37,515 bases of DNA from Gemmatimonadota bacterium (lineage in GTDB: Bacteria > Gemmatimonadota > Gemmatimonadetes > Gemmatimonadales > GWC2-71-9), in contig JAZDCY010000018.1 of NCBI GenBank assembly GCA_036679645.1, positions 1 through 37,515 of the forward strand, read 5' to 3'. The position numbers and the translations under genes were made by a program. Below are positions 16,388 to 26,400 of the stretch, piece after piece (position 1 is the first letter of the stretch; every line of letters starts with the position of its first letter). The notes beneath the pieces are model-generated. The model was not told where the DNA came from and ran no database searches. It saw only the letters and a program-made list of their open reading frames with translations.

Positions 16388-16477
16388 CGGAGAGGGGGGG
16401 ATTCGAACCCCCGGTAGAGCTTTAAACCCTACAACGGTTTAGCAAACCGGCGCCTTCAGCCACTCGGCCACCTCTCC
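16388..16477 (-). tRNA. tRNA-Ser(GCT)
   Basis: GGAGAGG/CCTCTCC acceptor, D arm GCCGAGTGGCTGAAGGC, loop TT-GCT-AA, long variable arm, GGGGG-TTCGAAT-CCCCC, G73; one C:U mismatch at the top of the anticodon stem. Confidence 0.95.
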
Positions 16478-16485
16478 AAACTGCT

Positions 16486-16515
16486 AGACGCTCAGACGCT
16501 CAGACGCTCAGACGC
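16486..16515. repeat. Tandem 8-mer AGACGCTC x3.75 in the tRNA-Ser leader
   Basis: AGACGCTC AGACGCTC AGACGCTC AGACGC. Confidence 0.85.
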
Positions 16516-16587
16516 GCCAGGGCACGTCCGGCTCCGGTCGTTGAGGCCGAACGACAATGTCGCCACGCAAAGATGGTTTTACAAGCG

Positions 16588-17271
16588 CTACATCCCCGCC
16601 AGGATCGCCGGGAAGTTCAACGTCACCTTCTTCTTCCCGTCGCCCGAGATGGGGTGTTCCCCTAAGTACACGTCGAACAGCGCCCAACAGAGCGCCGGAG
16701 ACTCGAGGTCAGGCTCTTCGCGATCCCGGATGTGCGTCGAGAGGGTCCCTTCGGGCGTGCACGTGAAGATCAGCTCCGACTCCTTCACCATCTCCTCGAC
16801 CGAGAAGTAGTTGCGGAACGTGTCCAGCGCCTCCACACCGCCCGGCATGCTCATCTCCGCCGCCGCCCGCTCGACCCGTGGTCGCAGCGCCCCGTCGAAC
16901 GCATCGGCCATCCGTTCGGCGCCGACGTCGCGGGTCATGACCAGCCGCAGCGTCATGCCAAAGTCCATCTCCAGGATCGCGTCGTAGAACTCGTCCGAAC
17001 GCTCGAGGTCGCGGTGACTCTGTCCGTTGAAGCTCGAGAGCTTCTCGACCGCCCCCGCCGAATCGACGTACAGGCCGAACGCGTAGACTTTGATCTTGAG
17101 GAACGTGCGGGTGCGTATGCCGGTCCCCGTGAGGATGTGTTGCCCGGCGGGCGTGTCGAGCCACATGGGGAACGGAACGCCGCTCTTCGGCTCCTCGACG
17201 GTGGCGACTTCCTGTGCCGCAAGCGGCAAGGCGAGCGCCAAGGCTGTCAGGCCCATCAACGTTGCGCGCAT
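16588..17271 (-). CDS. Exported chalcone-isomerase-fold protein
   Basis: Signal peptide; VEEPKSGVPFP...LTGTGIRTRTFLKIKVYAFGLYVD, ALFDVYLGEHPIS; GGAGAG RBS. Confidence 0.85.
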   Translation of the reverse strand: MRATLMGLTALALALPLAAQEVATVEEPKSGVPFPMWLDTPAGQHILTGTGIRTRTFLKIKVYAFGLYVDSAGAVEKLSSFNGQSHRDLERSDEFYDAILEMDFGMTLRLVMTRDVGAERMADAFDGALRPRVERAAAEMSMPGGVEALDTFRNYFSVEEMVKESELIFTCTPEGTLSTHIRDREEPDLESPALCWALFDVYLGEHPISGDGKKKVTLNFPAILAGM

Positions 17272-17393
17272 GATCTCTCCATTTGGGTGCTCCTCGAATC
17301 TCGCTCGCGAGACGAACCCTCGCTAGAGGCGTGATGGTTCGGGCCGCCTGCCATTATGACGTCCCGTTGTCCCCTGGCTATACTTCGACCCCG

Positions 17394-19457
17394 ATGTCCG
17401 ACACCTCCACTTCCGATCAGGGCGTCCGCGCGCCCGCCGACCTCAATCCCCGCACCGAGCCGGCGCTCGACTTTCCCGACGCCGATTTCGGCGCGATGAC
17501 ACCGGCCGACTACGACTCCATCGGGTTCCTGGGCGGGCTCGAGGTCCATCAGCAACTCCTCACCCGCTCGAAGCTCTTCTGCCGCTGCCCGGCAGGGCGC
17601 ACCGCTCACACCCACGACGCAGAAGTCCTGCGCCACATGCGCCCCACGTTGAGCGAGTTGGGCGAATACGACGGCACGGCGCTGATGGAGTTCAAGACGC
17701 GCAAGGACATCGTGTACCGGCTGGAGCGCAGCTCCGTCTGCACGTACGAGATCGATGACACGCCACCCTTCGAGATCGACGACGATGCGGTCCGCATTGC
17801 CATCGAGCTCGCCGCGCTGCTGAACCTCAATCTCGTCTCCGAGCTGCACGTGATGCGCAAACAGTATCTCGACGGGTCTATCCCGACCGGGTTCCAGCGC
17901 ACCGCAATGGTCGGCCTCGACGGTGCCATTCCGTTCGTCGTTCCCGAGTTGGGCGTGAGTCGCGACCTGCGCATCCGGCAGCTCTCGCTCGAGGAGGATT
18001 CCTGCCGCGAGGTGAGCGATGTCGGTCACCGGATCACATTCAAGACCGATCGGCTCGGGATGCCACTCAGTGAGGCGGTGACCGAGCCCGAATTACTGAC
18101 GCCACTCGAAATGCAGGCAGCCGGCCGGCTGCTGGCGGTGGTGGCACGCGCAACCAAGAAGATCCGCCGCGGGGCAGGGGCTGCGCGGCAGGACGTGAAC
18201 GTGTCCATCGCGGGCGGACGGCGCGTCGAGATCAAGGGCGTACACTACCATCGCCGCCTGCCGCAACTCGTGCACATAGAGGCGTTCCGCCAACTGAACC
18301 TGCTACGGGTGCGAGCCGAGTTGCGCCGCCGTGGCATGACCAAGGAAATGCTCGCGATTCCTGCGGTGGGCGTTCCATGGGAGGTGTCGCCGTTGGTTGC
18401 CGACGTTACACGTCTACTCTCGGGTGCCAAGGTACAAGCGATGCGGGAGGCAGCGGAACGGGGCGACACTGCCTGCGCGGTCCGGTTGCCCGGGTTCAGC
18501 GGGTTGCTTGCCCATAAGACGCAACCGGGCGTCAACTTCGCGCAGGAATTCAGCGAACGTGTACGGGTGATTGCCTGTCCCGAGCACGCGCCGTTCATGA
18601 CGCACTCCGATGCCGAGTCGGGACTGCGCGCAGATGAATGGCGAGAGATACGCCAACAGGTCGGTGCCGAGCGTGATGACGCCATCGTCATCGTCTGGGC
18701 TCCGCGCGACGACGCGGCCACGGCCGCCCGAGAGATCCTGATACGCGCTCAGGATGCGTTGGCGGGCGTGCCGGCGGAGACACGACAGGCGCGGCGCGAT
18801 GGCACGACGGGTTTCGAGCGCATTCTCCCAGGGGCCGACCGCATGTATCCCGACACCGACACACCGCCATTGCCAATTGCGGACACGGTCGTGAAACGGA
18901 TCCGGGCGCATCTGCCGGAGACGCCGTGGGCGCGTGAAGCGCGTTACGTGACACTGGGACTGGAGGAAGATTTGGCGCGCCGCCTCGTACGTTCGCCATG
19001 GGCGGATCTGTTCGACGCGGTGAACCCACCGGCGACTCTCGCCGGACGAACCGCGACCACGATACTGGAGAGGCTTTCCTATCATAGTCGGCGCGCGGGA
19101 TCGCGGCCGATTGTCGAGCCGACGCGCGTCACGGCGATTGTCCAGGCGATCGCAGGCGGCGAGGTGCGCGTCGAAGCGTTCGCGCGCATGATTGACGCGA
19201 TCACCACCGAACCCGATACGCCGGTCCAGGCCATCCTTGATCGGTATCGCAAGCGCGACAACGACGACGAGGCGCTGCGGGACGCGATCGACACTGCCGT
19301 CACCGGCGCGCGCACACTACGGGGCCATGAGCCCGATCCTTCGCTGCGTTGGGCGATGGGACAGGTGATGGCGTCTCTGCTCGGTCGCGTCGATCCGCAT
19401 CGTGTGCGCACTATGCTACGCGAGCACCTCGCCGGCGTCACACCGGAGGCCGCGTGA
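17394..19457 (+). CDS. gatE: Glu-tRNA(Gln) amidotransferase subunit E (archaeal type)
   Basis: GLEVHQQL..SKLFCRCP, LRHMRPTLSELGEYD, CTYEIDDTPP, MRKQYLDGSIPTGFQRT, LEEDSCR, DRLGMPLSE, RQDVNVSI, EIKGV, GAD-like insertion (THSD), LPGADRMYPDTDTPP. Confidence 0.93.
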   Translation: MSDTSTSDQGVRAPADLNPRTEPALDFPDADFGAMTPADYDSIGFLGGLEVHQQLLTRSKLFCRCPAGRTAHTHDAEVLRHMRPTLSELGEYDGTALMEFKTRKDIVYRLERSSVCTYEIDDTPPFEIDDDAVRIAIELAALLNLNLVSELHVMRKQYLDGSIPTGFQRTAMVGLDGAIPFVVPELGVSRDLRIRQLSLEEDSCREVSDVGHRITFKTDRLGMPLSEAVTEPELLTPLEMQAAGRLLAVVARATKKIRRGAGAARQDVNVSIAGGRRVEIKGVHYHRRLPQLVHIEAFRQLNLLRVRAELRRRGMTKEMLAIPAVGVPWEVSPLVADVTRLLSGAKVQAMREAAERGDTACAVRLPGFSGLLAHKTQPGVNFAQEFSERVRVIACPEHAPFMTHSDAESGLRADEWREIRQQVGAERDDAIVIVWAPRDDAATAAREILIRAQDALAGVPAETRQARRDGTTGFERILPGADRMYPDTDTPPLPIADTVVKRIRAHLPETPWAREARYVTLGLEEDLARRLVRSPWADLFDAVNPPATLAGRTATTILERLSYHSRRAGSRPIVEPTRVTAIVQAIAGGEVRVEAFARMIDAITTEPDTPVQAILDRYRKRDNDDEALRDAIDTAVTGARTLRGHEPDPSLRWAMGQVMASLLGRVDPHRVRTMLREHLAGVTPEAA

Positions 19458-20791
19458 GCGACACCGCCACCGACAAATACCGCGGCTACCGCGGGCCGTG
19501 TCTGGAATTGATGAAGCGGTTCGACGTGACCGTGTGGAGCGAGGTCAAGCTCGACACGTCGCGCGGCGCGTTCGCCGGGCTGCTCCTGCCGCGGTCCGAG
19601 ACGAGCGACGAACTCCACCTCGTGCTCAAGCTCGTGTCGGGCTACAACATTGGGGTGCGGTACGACACCGTCACGGCGATCGAGCAGACCGGGTACAGGG
19701 AAGCGCACTACCAGATTCCGGAGAAGGCATTTCCCACGAGTCCGGACAAACCGAACGTCAAGTTGTTCGGCACGGGCGGTACCATCGCTTCGCGTCTCGA
19801 CTACCGCACGGGTGCGGTGATCCCCGCGTTCACACCCGGTGAGCTGTACGGGTCCGTGCCGGAGCTGGCGGACATCTGCAACCTCGAGACCGAGAAGCTG
19901 TTCGGGATCTTCTCCGAGAAATACCACGGGGTCATGGTGGGGCACGGCACGGACACGATGCACCACACGGCCTCGGCGTTGAGTTTCATGGTGCAGCGAC
20001 CACCCATCCCGATCGTTATGGTGGGGAGCCAACGGTCGTCCGACCGCCCGTCTTCCGATGCCGCACGCAACCTCATCAACGCCGCGTGGACGGCGGCGCA
20101 CGGGTCCATTGCCGAGGTGATGGTCTGTATGTTCGGCCCGACGTCCGATCGGTACAACCTGCTGCACCGCGGCACGCGTGTGCGCAAGATGCACAGCTCC
20201 TACCGCAGCACGTTCCGCACGCTGGGCGACATCCCGTTGGCGATGGTCGAGGACGGTACGCTCACGTTGCTCAAGGACGACTGCCTGCCACGACGTGACG
20301 ATCGGTCGGTCGATATCCGTGCCGCATTCGACGACCGGGTCACGCTGCTCTACTACTACCCCGGCATGCGCGCCGACGTGCTCGAGGCGCTCGTCGATCG
20401 CGGATATCGCGGGGTCGTAATCGCCGGGACCGGGCTGGGTCACGTGAACCGACAGACCTACCCGGCGCTCGAGCGAGCGCGCGATGCGGGGGTGCACGTA
20501 TACATGACGCTCCAGACGCTCTGGGGCTTCGTACAGATGAACGTGTACGAGACCGGCCGAGAGATCCTGGAGTTGGGGGTAGTGCCGCTCGCCAACATGT
20601 TGCCCGAGGTAGCCTACATCAAACTCGGTTGGGCACTCGGTCTCCATCCGGATGATCCAGCCGCGGTGCGAGAACTCATGGCATCGTGCGTTGCCGGGGA
20701 AACCACGGATCGTGAACCCCACGACGGTTACCTCGTCCTGCAGGGTGGTGTACCCGAGGTCAGGGAGTTCTTCGCAAAGGCCTGGAAATAG
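19454..20791 (+). CDS. gatD: Glu-tRNA(Gln) amidotransferase subunit D (archaeal type), with an apparent ~20-aa in-frame deletion
   Basis: GatD N-domain (LKLVSGYNIG), TGGTIASRLDYRTGAV, HGTDT, GSQRSSDRPSSD, RGTRVRKMHSSYRSTF, GTGLGHV, MLPEVAYIKLGW; GTGA overlap with gatE. Confidence 0.93.
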   Translation: MSDTATDKYRGYRGPCLELMKRFDVTVWSEVKLDTSRGAFAGLLLPRSETSDELHLVLKLVSGYNIGVRYDTVTAIEQTGYREAHYQIPEKAFPTSPDKPNVKLFGTGGTIASRLDYRTGAVIPAFTPGELYGSVPELADICNLETEKLFGIFSEKYHGVMVGHGTDTMHHTASALSFMVQRPPIPIVMVGSQRSSDRPSSDAARNLINAAWTAAHGSIAEVMVCMFGPTSDRYNLLHRGTRVRKMHSSYRSTFRTLGDIPLAMVEDGTLTLLKDDCLPRRDDRSVDIRAAFDDRVTLLYYYPGMRADVLEALVDRGYRGVVIAGTGLGHVNRQTYPALERARDAGVHVYMTLQTLWGFVQMNVYETGREILELGVVPLANMLPEVAYIKLGWALGLHPDDPAAVRELMASCVAGETTDREPHDGYLVLQGGVPEVREFFAKAWK

Positions 20792-21996
20792 CCAGCGCGC
20801 CGCCCGCTCCCGCCGCGGACCGTCCGGTCCTTCGGGATCCCAATCTCCATGTCATCTTTGGCGTGACGCTCATGGCGGTGCTGGGTGTCGCGAGCATTAC
20901 GCCAACGCTGCCCCGTATCGCTACCGTGTTCGACTTGACCCCCGAACGGGCCGGTCTCGTGGTCTCGATGTTCACGCTGCCGGGTGTCATACTCACCCCC
21001 GTCTTCGGTGTGCTGAGCGATCGGATTGGGCGGATCCGCGTACTCATTCCGTCGCTCCTCCTGTTTGCCGTTGCGGGCACGGCGTGCGCGTTCGCACGGG
21101 ATTTTGGCGTGCTGCTCGCACTCCGTTTCGTTCAGGGTATCGGGGTCGCGGCACTGGGCGTCATCAACCTCACGCTGCTCGGCGATCTTTTTCGCGGGAA
21201 TCGGTTGCCGACCGCGATGGGCTACAACGCCAGCGTGCTGAGTATTGGGACGGGCGTATACCCGGCCCTCGGCGGGGCGCTCGCACTCACGGCCTGGTAC
21301 TACCCGTTTGCGCTGCCGTTGCTCGCCGTCCCTGTCGCGGGGTTCGTGTGGTGGCGGCTGCGCGTGCCACACGTGCCGAGCGATGAGCGGTTTACTACGT
21401 ACCTGCGCGGCGCCGCCGGCGAGGTGGGACGGCCCGCCGTGATAGGGTGCTTCCTGGCAGGACTCGTGACGTTCATCCTGATCTACGGCGCGTTTCTCAC
21501 CTACCTCCCCTTCCTGCTGGCCGAGCGATTCGAGGCATCGCCGGCGAGGATCGGGTTGCTCATCTCGGCCGCCTCTGTCAGCACGGCGATCGTGTCCGCG
21601 CGACTCGGTCGGCTCGTGGCGCGGTTTGGTGAACGACGTCTCATGCTCGTCGGTTTCGCGATCTACGTGATCTCGTTGCTTGCGCTTCCGGTGGCAGGCA
21701 GCACGTGGACTCTTCTTGCGGCCATCCTGCTCTTCGGCGCGGCGAATGGGATCAACATTCCGAGCATGTTGAGCTTGCTCATGTCGTTGGCGCCGGCGCA
21801 GTACCGGGCTGCGTTCATGGCGGTGAATGGGTCGCTGTTCCGGCTGGGCCAGACAGTCGGCCCCTTGCTCGCGGCACTCGCGCTGAGGTGGTGGGGTCTC
21901 GATGGCGTGTACCTCGCGAGCGCCGGAGCGGCGGCTGTCACGCTGGCGGTTGTTGCGGGGCTGACGCGCCGACCCCAGCCTGCGGAGTCCCCGTAG
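20788..21996 (+). CDS. MFS transporter (start uncertain: ATA 20788 or GTG 20863)
   Basis: About 12 TM segments; motif A GVLSDRIGRIRV; LRFVQGIG; the open frame extends upstream of 20863 as RPVLRDPNLHVIFG. Confidence 0.88.
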   Translation: MASAPPAPAADRPVLRDPNLHVIFGVTLMAVLGVASITPTLPRIATVFDLTPERAGLVVSMFTLPGVILTPVFGVLSDRIGRIRVLIPSLLLFAVAGTACAFARDFGVLLALRFVQGIGVAALGVINLTLLGDLFRGNRLPTAMGYNASVLSIGTGVYPALGGALALTAWYYPFALPLLAVPVAGFVWWRLRVPHVPSDERFTTYLRGAAGEVGRPAVIGCFLAGLVTFILIYGAFLTYLPFLLAERFEASPARIGLLISAASVSTAIVSARLGRLVARFGERRLMLVGFAIYVISLLALPVAGSTWTLLAAILLFGAANGINIPSMLSLLMSLAPAQYRAAFMAVNGSLFRLGQTVGPLLAALALRWWGLDGVYLASAGAAAVTLAVVAGLTRRPQPAESP

Positions 21997-22106
21997 TCTA
22001 ATGAACTCTTCATAGGTCCTTTCCCCGCGATTCACGCAATCGCTCGCAGAATAGGCTCCAGAACAATTCGGGTCCGATTTATCCTCCAATCGACCGATGT
22101 GAGCCT

Positions 22107-22547
22107 GTGAACCTGACTCGGGAAAGTGAATACGCGCTGCGAGGGCTGGTCCGTCTTGCCACGTATCCGCCCGGGTCCATGGTGTCCCACTCCGAAATCG
22201 CCAAGGCGGCGGAACTGCCCGCAGCGTTCCTGGCCAAGATCTTCCAGAAGTTGGCCCGGCACGGCGTGCTCGAGGTTGAGCGAGGTCGCGGGAGCGGGTA
22301 CGCGCTCAAGCGAGCGCCCGAGCGGACGCCCGTGAGCGAGGTGTTCGAGGCAATCGAGGGTCCGCAGGCGCTGAAACGCTGTCTGATCTGGGGCGGCCAC
22401 TGTAGCGAGACGGCGCCGTGTCCCCTTCATGAACGGTTCGAGCATCTCCACGCGGAATTGGATGAGATGCTGTGCACGATCACGTTGGCCGATTTCGCCA
22501 ACGAGTTGCCGATCTTCCCTCCACCCCGGGTTGCGAGAGTGACGTGA
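22107..22547 (+). CDS. Rrf2 family transcriptional regulator with three Cys (Fe-S binding)
   Basis: SEYALRGL, FLAKIFQKL, RGRGSGY, C-LIWGGH-C-SETAP-C-PLH. Confidence 0.92.
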   Translation: MNLTRESEYALRGLVRLATYPPGSMVSHSEIAKAAELPAAFLAKIFQKLARHGVLEVERGRGSGYALKRAPERTPVSEVFEAIEGPQALKRCLIWGGHCSETAPCPLHERFEHLHAELDEMLCTITLADFANELPIFPPPRVARVT

Positions 22548-23377
22548 TGACCAGACTGCTTTTGCTTGGCTGTGCACTGGCGGCGTGGCTGGGGACGATC
22601 ACCTCGGTCGCGGCCGCCCAGACGAGCCAGGAACTGTTTCAGACACGCTGCGCGGTGTGCCATACCGTTGGCGGCGGCAAGCTCGTGGGGCCCGATCTCC
22701 AGGGGGTCGCCGAGCGCCGCAGCGAGGACTGGATCATCCGGTTCGTGCAACACTCCCAGCAACTCGTGCAGTCGGGCGATTCCACCGCCGTAGCGCTGTT
22801 CGCGGAGTTCAATGGAATCCCGATGCCCGACCAACCGCTGTCCGATCAAGAGATCCGCGGGATCATGGCGTACATCCGCGGTTCCGGCTCCACCGCACCC
22901 GCCGCGCCGCCGCCGGTCGAGCAGGCGACGGCAGAGCAGATCCTTCTTGGGCAGGCGCTGTTCCAGGGGACCACGAGGCTCGCTAACGCCGGACCCACGT
23001 GCAACTCGTGCCACGACGTGACCAATGACGCCGTGATCGGCGGCGGGGTGCTCGCGCGCGAGCTGACGACGGTGTTCTCCCGGCTGGGTGGACCGGGCGT
23101 CCGCGCGATTCTGGGAAGCCCGCCGTTCCCCGTGATGCAACGGGCCTACGAGGACAAGCCGCTGACCGATGACGAGGTCGTCGCGCTGGTGGGTTTCCTT
23201 CAGCAGGCCGACGAAGAGCAGTCCCTGCATCAGCCGCGCGACTACGGCATGGGACTCCTCGTCGCCGGAGCGGTCGGCACGGTCCTGCTCCTCGGTCTCT
23301 ACTCGCTGATTTGGCGTGGACGACTGAGAGGGTCCGTCAACCAATCGATCTACGACCGACAGATCAAGTCCATCTGA
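22547..23377 (+). CDS. Periplasmic diheme c-type cytochrome with C-terminal membrane anchor (NarC-like)
   Basis: Signal peptide, CAVCH and CNSCH heme motifs, C-terminal TM helix, directly upstream of narG; TGATG coupling with rrf2. Confidence 0.85.
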   Translation: MTRLLLLGCALAAWLGTITSVAAAQTSQELFQTRCAVCHTVGGGKLVGPDLQGVAERRSEDWIIRFVQHSQQLVQSGDSTAVALFAEFNGIPMPDQPLSDQEIRGIMAYIRGSGSTAPAAPPPVEQATAEQILLGQALFQGTTRLANAGPTCNSCHDVTNDAVIGGGVLARELTTVFSRLGGPGVRAILGSPPFPVMQRAYEDKPLTDDEVVALVGFLQQADEEQSLHQPRDYGMGLLVAGAVGTVLLLGLYSLIWRGRLRGSVNQSIYDRQIKSI

Positions 23378-23410
23378 ATCATCCATGAGCAACGAAACCG
23401 GGTAACGACC

Positions 23411-26400
23411 ATGGGTTGGATCAAAGACATCGTCTCGCCGCAAACCAGGAAGTGGGAGGAGTTCTACCGCAACCGCTTCCAACACGATCGCATCGTGCGC
23501 AGCACGCACGGTGTGAACTGCACCGGCGGGTGCTCCTGGCAGATCCACGTGAAGGACGGCATCGTGACGTGGGAAACGCAGCAGCTCGACTACCCGCTGC
23601 TCGAGGACTCTCTCCCGCCGTATGAGCCGCGTGGCTGCCAACGGGGCATCTCGTTCTCGTGGTACCTCTACAGCCCGTTACGGATCAAGTATCCGCTGAT
23701 TCGCAGCGCGCTGCTCGATGCCTATCGCGCAAAGAAGCGCGAAACCGGCGACCCCCTGAAGGCGTGGAAGGCGTTGCAGGCGGACGAGACCGCGCGCAAA
23801 ACGTACCAACAAGCCCGTGGCAAAGGGGGATTCCGCCGCTCGACGTGGGACGAGGTCATGGAGATCATGGCCGTCGCCAACATCTACACCGCTGAGCGGT
23901 ACGGCCCCGACCGCGTGATCGGGTTCAGCCCGATACCGGCGATGTCCATGATGAGCTACGCAGCGGGCGGAAGGTTCTTGCAGCTCTTCGGCGGCGTCAA
24001 CCTCAGCTTCTACGATTGGTATTGCGATCTACCCACCGCGTTCCCCGAAATCTGGGGTGAGCAGACGGATGTCTGCGAGAGTGCCGACTGGTACAACGCG
24101 AAGATGATCGCCGACATGGGCGCGTGCCTCAACATGACCCGCACGCCCGACTGCCACTTTTTTGCGGAGTCACGGCACAACGGCACGAAGGCAGTCGTGT
24201 TCTCGCCCGACTTCAGTCAGGTGTGCAAGTACGCGGACCAGTGGGTGCCGCTCCACGCGGGAAGTGACGGCGCGTTCTGGATGGCTACGACTCACGTCAT
24301 CCTCAAAGAGTTTCACCACGAGAAACAAACGCCGTACTTCATCGACTACGCCAAGCAGTACACCGACAGTCCGTACCTGGTGAAGCTCGAGCGCGACGGC
24401 GACTCGTACAAACCAGGCCGGCTGCTTCGTGCGGCCGAGGTTTCCGAGTACAGGGACATCACGAACGGGGATTGGAAGTTCCTCAACATCGACGCGAACA
24501 CAGATAGGCTCGTGGTCCCCAAGGGTAGCTCCGGATCTCGCTGGGACGAACGCCAGGGCAACTGGAACATGAAGGCCGAGAACGCCGTCGATGATCGGCC
24601 GTACGATCCGGTGCTCACGCTGCTGGGGAGATCGACCGAAGTTGTTCAGACAAGCTTTACGGAGTTCGGACTCGACAGGTCAGTGAAACGTGGCGTGCCG
24701 GCGATGCGCGTCGAGACGATCGACGGCCCGGTTATGGTCACGACGGTATACGATCTCATCATGGCCCAGTACGGTGTGGATCGTGGGCTCCCCGGCGATT
24801 ACCCCAGCGACTATAGCGACAAGGACGCGGCATACACGCCTGCCTGGCAGGAGCTGTTTACCGGGGTCGCGTCCGACACGGTCCTGCAGTTCGCCCGCGA
24901 GTGGGCCAATACCGCAGAGGCTACCGGTGGCAAGTGCATGATCATCATTGGCGCGGGTATCAACCACTGGTACCACGCCAACCTCATGTATCGTGCTGGA
25001 GCGATGGCCCTCATGCTGACCGGTTGTGTCGGCAAGAACGGTGGCGGGCTCAATCACTATGTGGGCCAGGAGAAGCTGGCGCCGGTGGACTCCTGGTCGG
25101 CGATCGCGTTCGGCAAGGACTGGCATTCGGCGGTCCGTCTCCAGCAGGCGCCGATCTGGCATTACATCAACACGTGCCAGTATCGCTACGACGGCCAGTT
25201 CTCGAGATACAACACGGTCCCCGACAACGAGCTGACGCGGCAGCACACGGCAGACCAGATCTACCGGTCGGTTCGCATGGGGTGGATGCCGTTCTATCCG
25301 CAGTTTGAACAGAATACCCTGGAGCTGTGCCGGGAGGCGCTGGACAACGGTGCCACGGACGATGCCGGCATCACGCAGTACGTGTTGAACAAACTCAAGA
25401 GCAAGGAACTCAAGTACTCGGTAAGCGACCCGGAGGCAGAGGCCAACTTCCCCCGCGTGTGGTACATCTGGCGTGGCAACGCGATCATGGGAAGCATGAA
25501 GGGGCACGAGTACTGCCTGAAGCACTATCTGGGCACGCACTCGAACACGATCGCGCAGGACTCAGAAGATCACACGACCGAGGTGAACTGGCGGGACGTG
25601 GCGCCGGTGGGGAAGATGGATCTCATCGTCGACCTGAACTTCCGCATGGACTCGTCGGCTCTGTACTCCGACATGGTGCTGCCAGCGGCCTCATGGTACG
25701 AGAAGGCCGACCTGAACAGCACGGATCTCCACTCGTTCATCCATCCGCTGTCAGCGGCGATCGCCCCGGTGTGGGAGTCCAAGACGGATTGGCAGATCTT
25801 CCGCAACCTCGCGAAGGCGACGAGCGAAGCGGCGGCGAAGTATTTCCCCGAGCCGCAGAAGGACATCATTGCAACTCCCATAGCGCACGACTCGGCGGGT
25901 GAGATCTCCCAGCCGGTCATCAAGGACTGGTACAGAGGCGAGTGCGAGGCTGTGCCGGGAAAGACGATGCATGGGTTAGCTGTTGTCGACCGAGACTACA
26001 CCAAGCTCTACGACAAGTACATCAGCCTGGGAGATCGTATTCGGTCGACAGGCCTGGGAGCGCATGGCAACCACTACCATTGCGACGATGCGTACGACGA
26101 GATGGTCGCGTCCCGTCATTTCCCGGTCGAGCGGCAAAACGGGAACATCTACCCGTCGCTGAAGGAGGACGAGTGGGCGTGCAACACCGTCCTGCACCTT
26201 TCGAGCTTGACCAACGGGGTGCTCAACGTTCGCGCGTACGAGGACGCCGAGAAGAGGACGGGTCTGGATCTGGTCGATCTGGGTGCCGGCAGCGAGGACG
26301 TGCTCATTCGGTACGCCGATCTCCAGGCGCAACCGCGACGGTACAACACCTCTCCGTTGTGGTCGGGCGTGATGAAGGGCGGAAGGGCCTACGCTCCCTA

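Noticed and set aside
17394..20791. gatB plus an ordinary L-asparaginase
   Set aside because: The GAD-like insertion and GatE-specific motifs, plus the GatD N-terminal domain and RLDYRTG/SSDRPSSD motifs, identify GatDE.
19082..23641. Long antisense ORFs (19082-20722, 20728-22089, 22427-23641; also 6293-7402, 8660-9832)
   Set aside because: Shadow frames of high-GC coding genes with no recognisable motifs.
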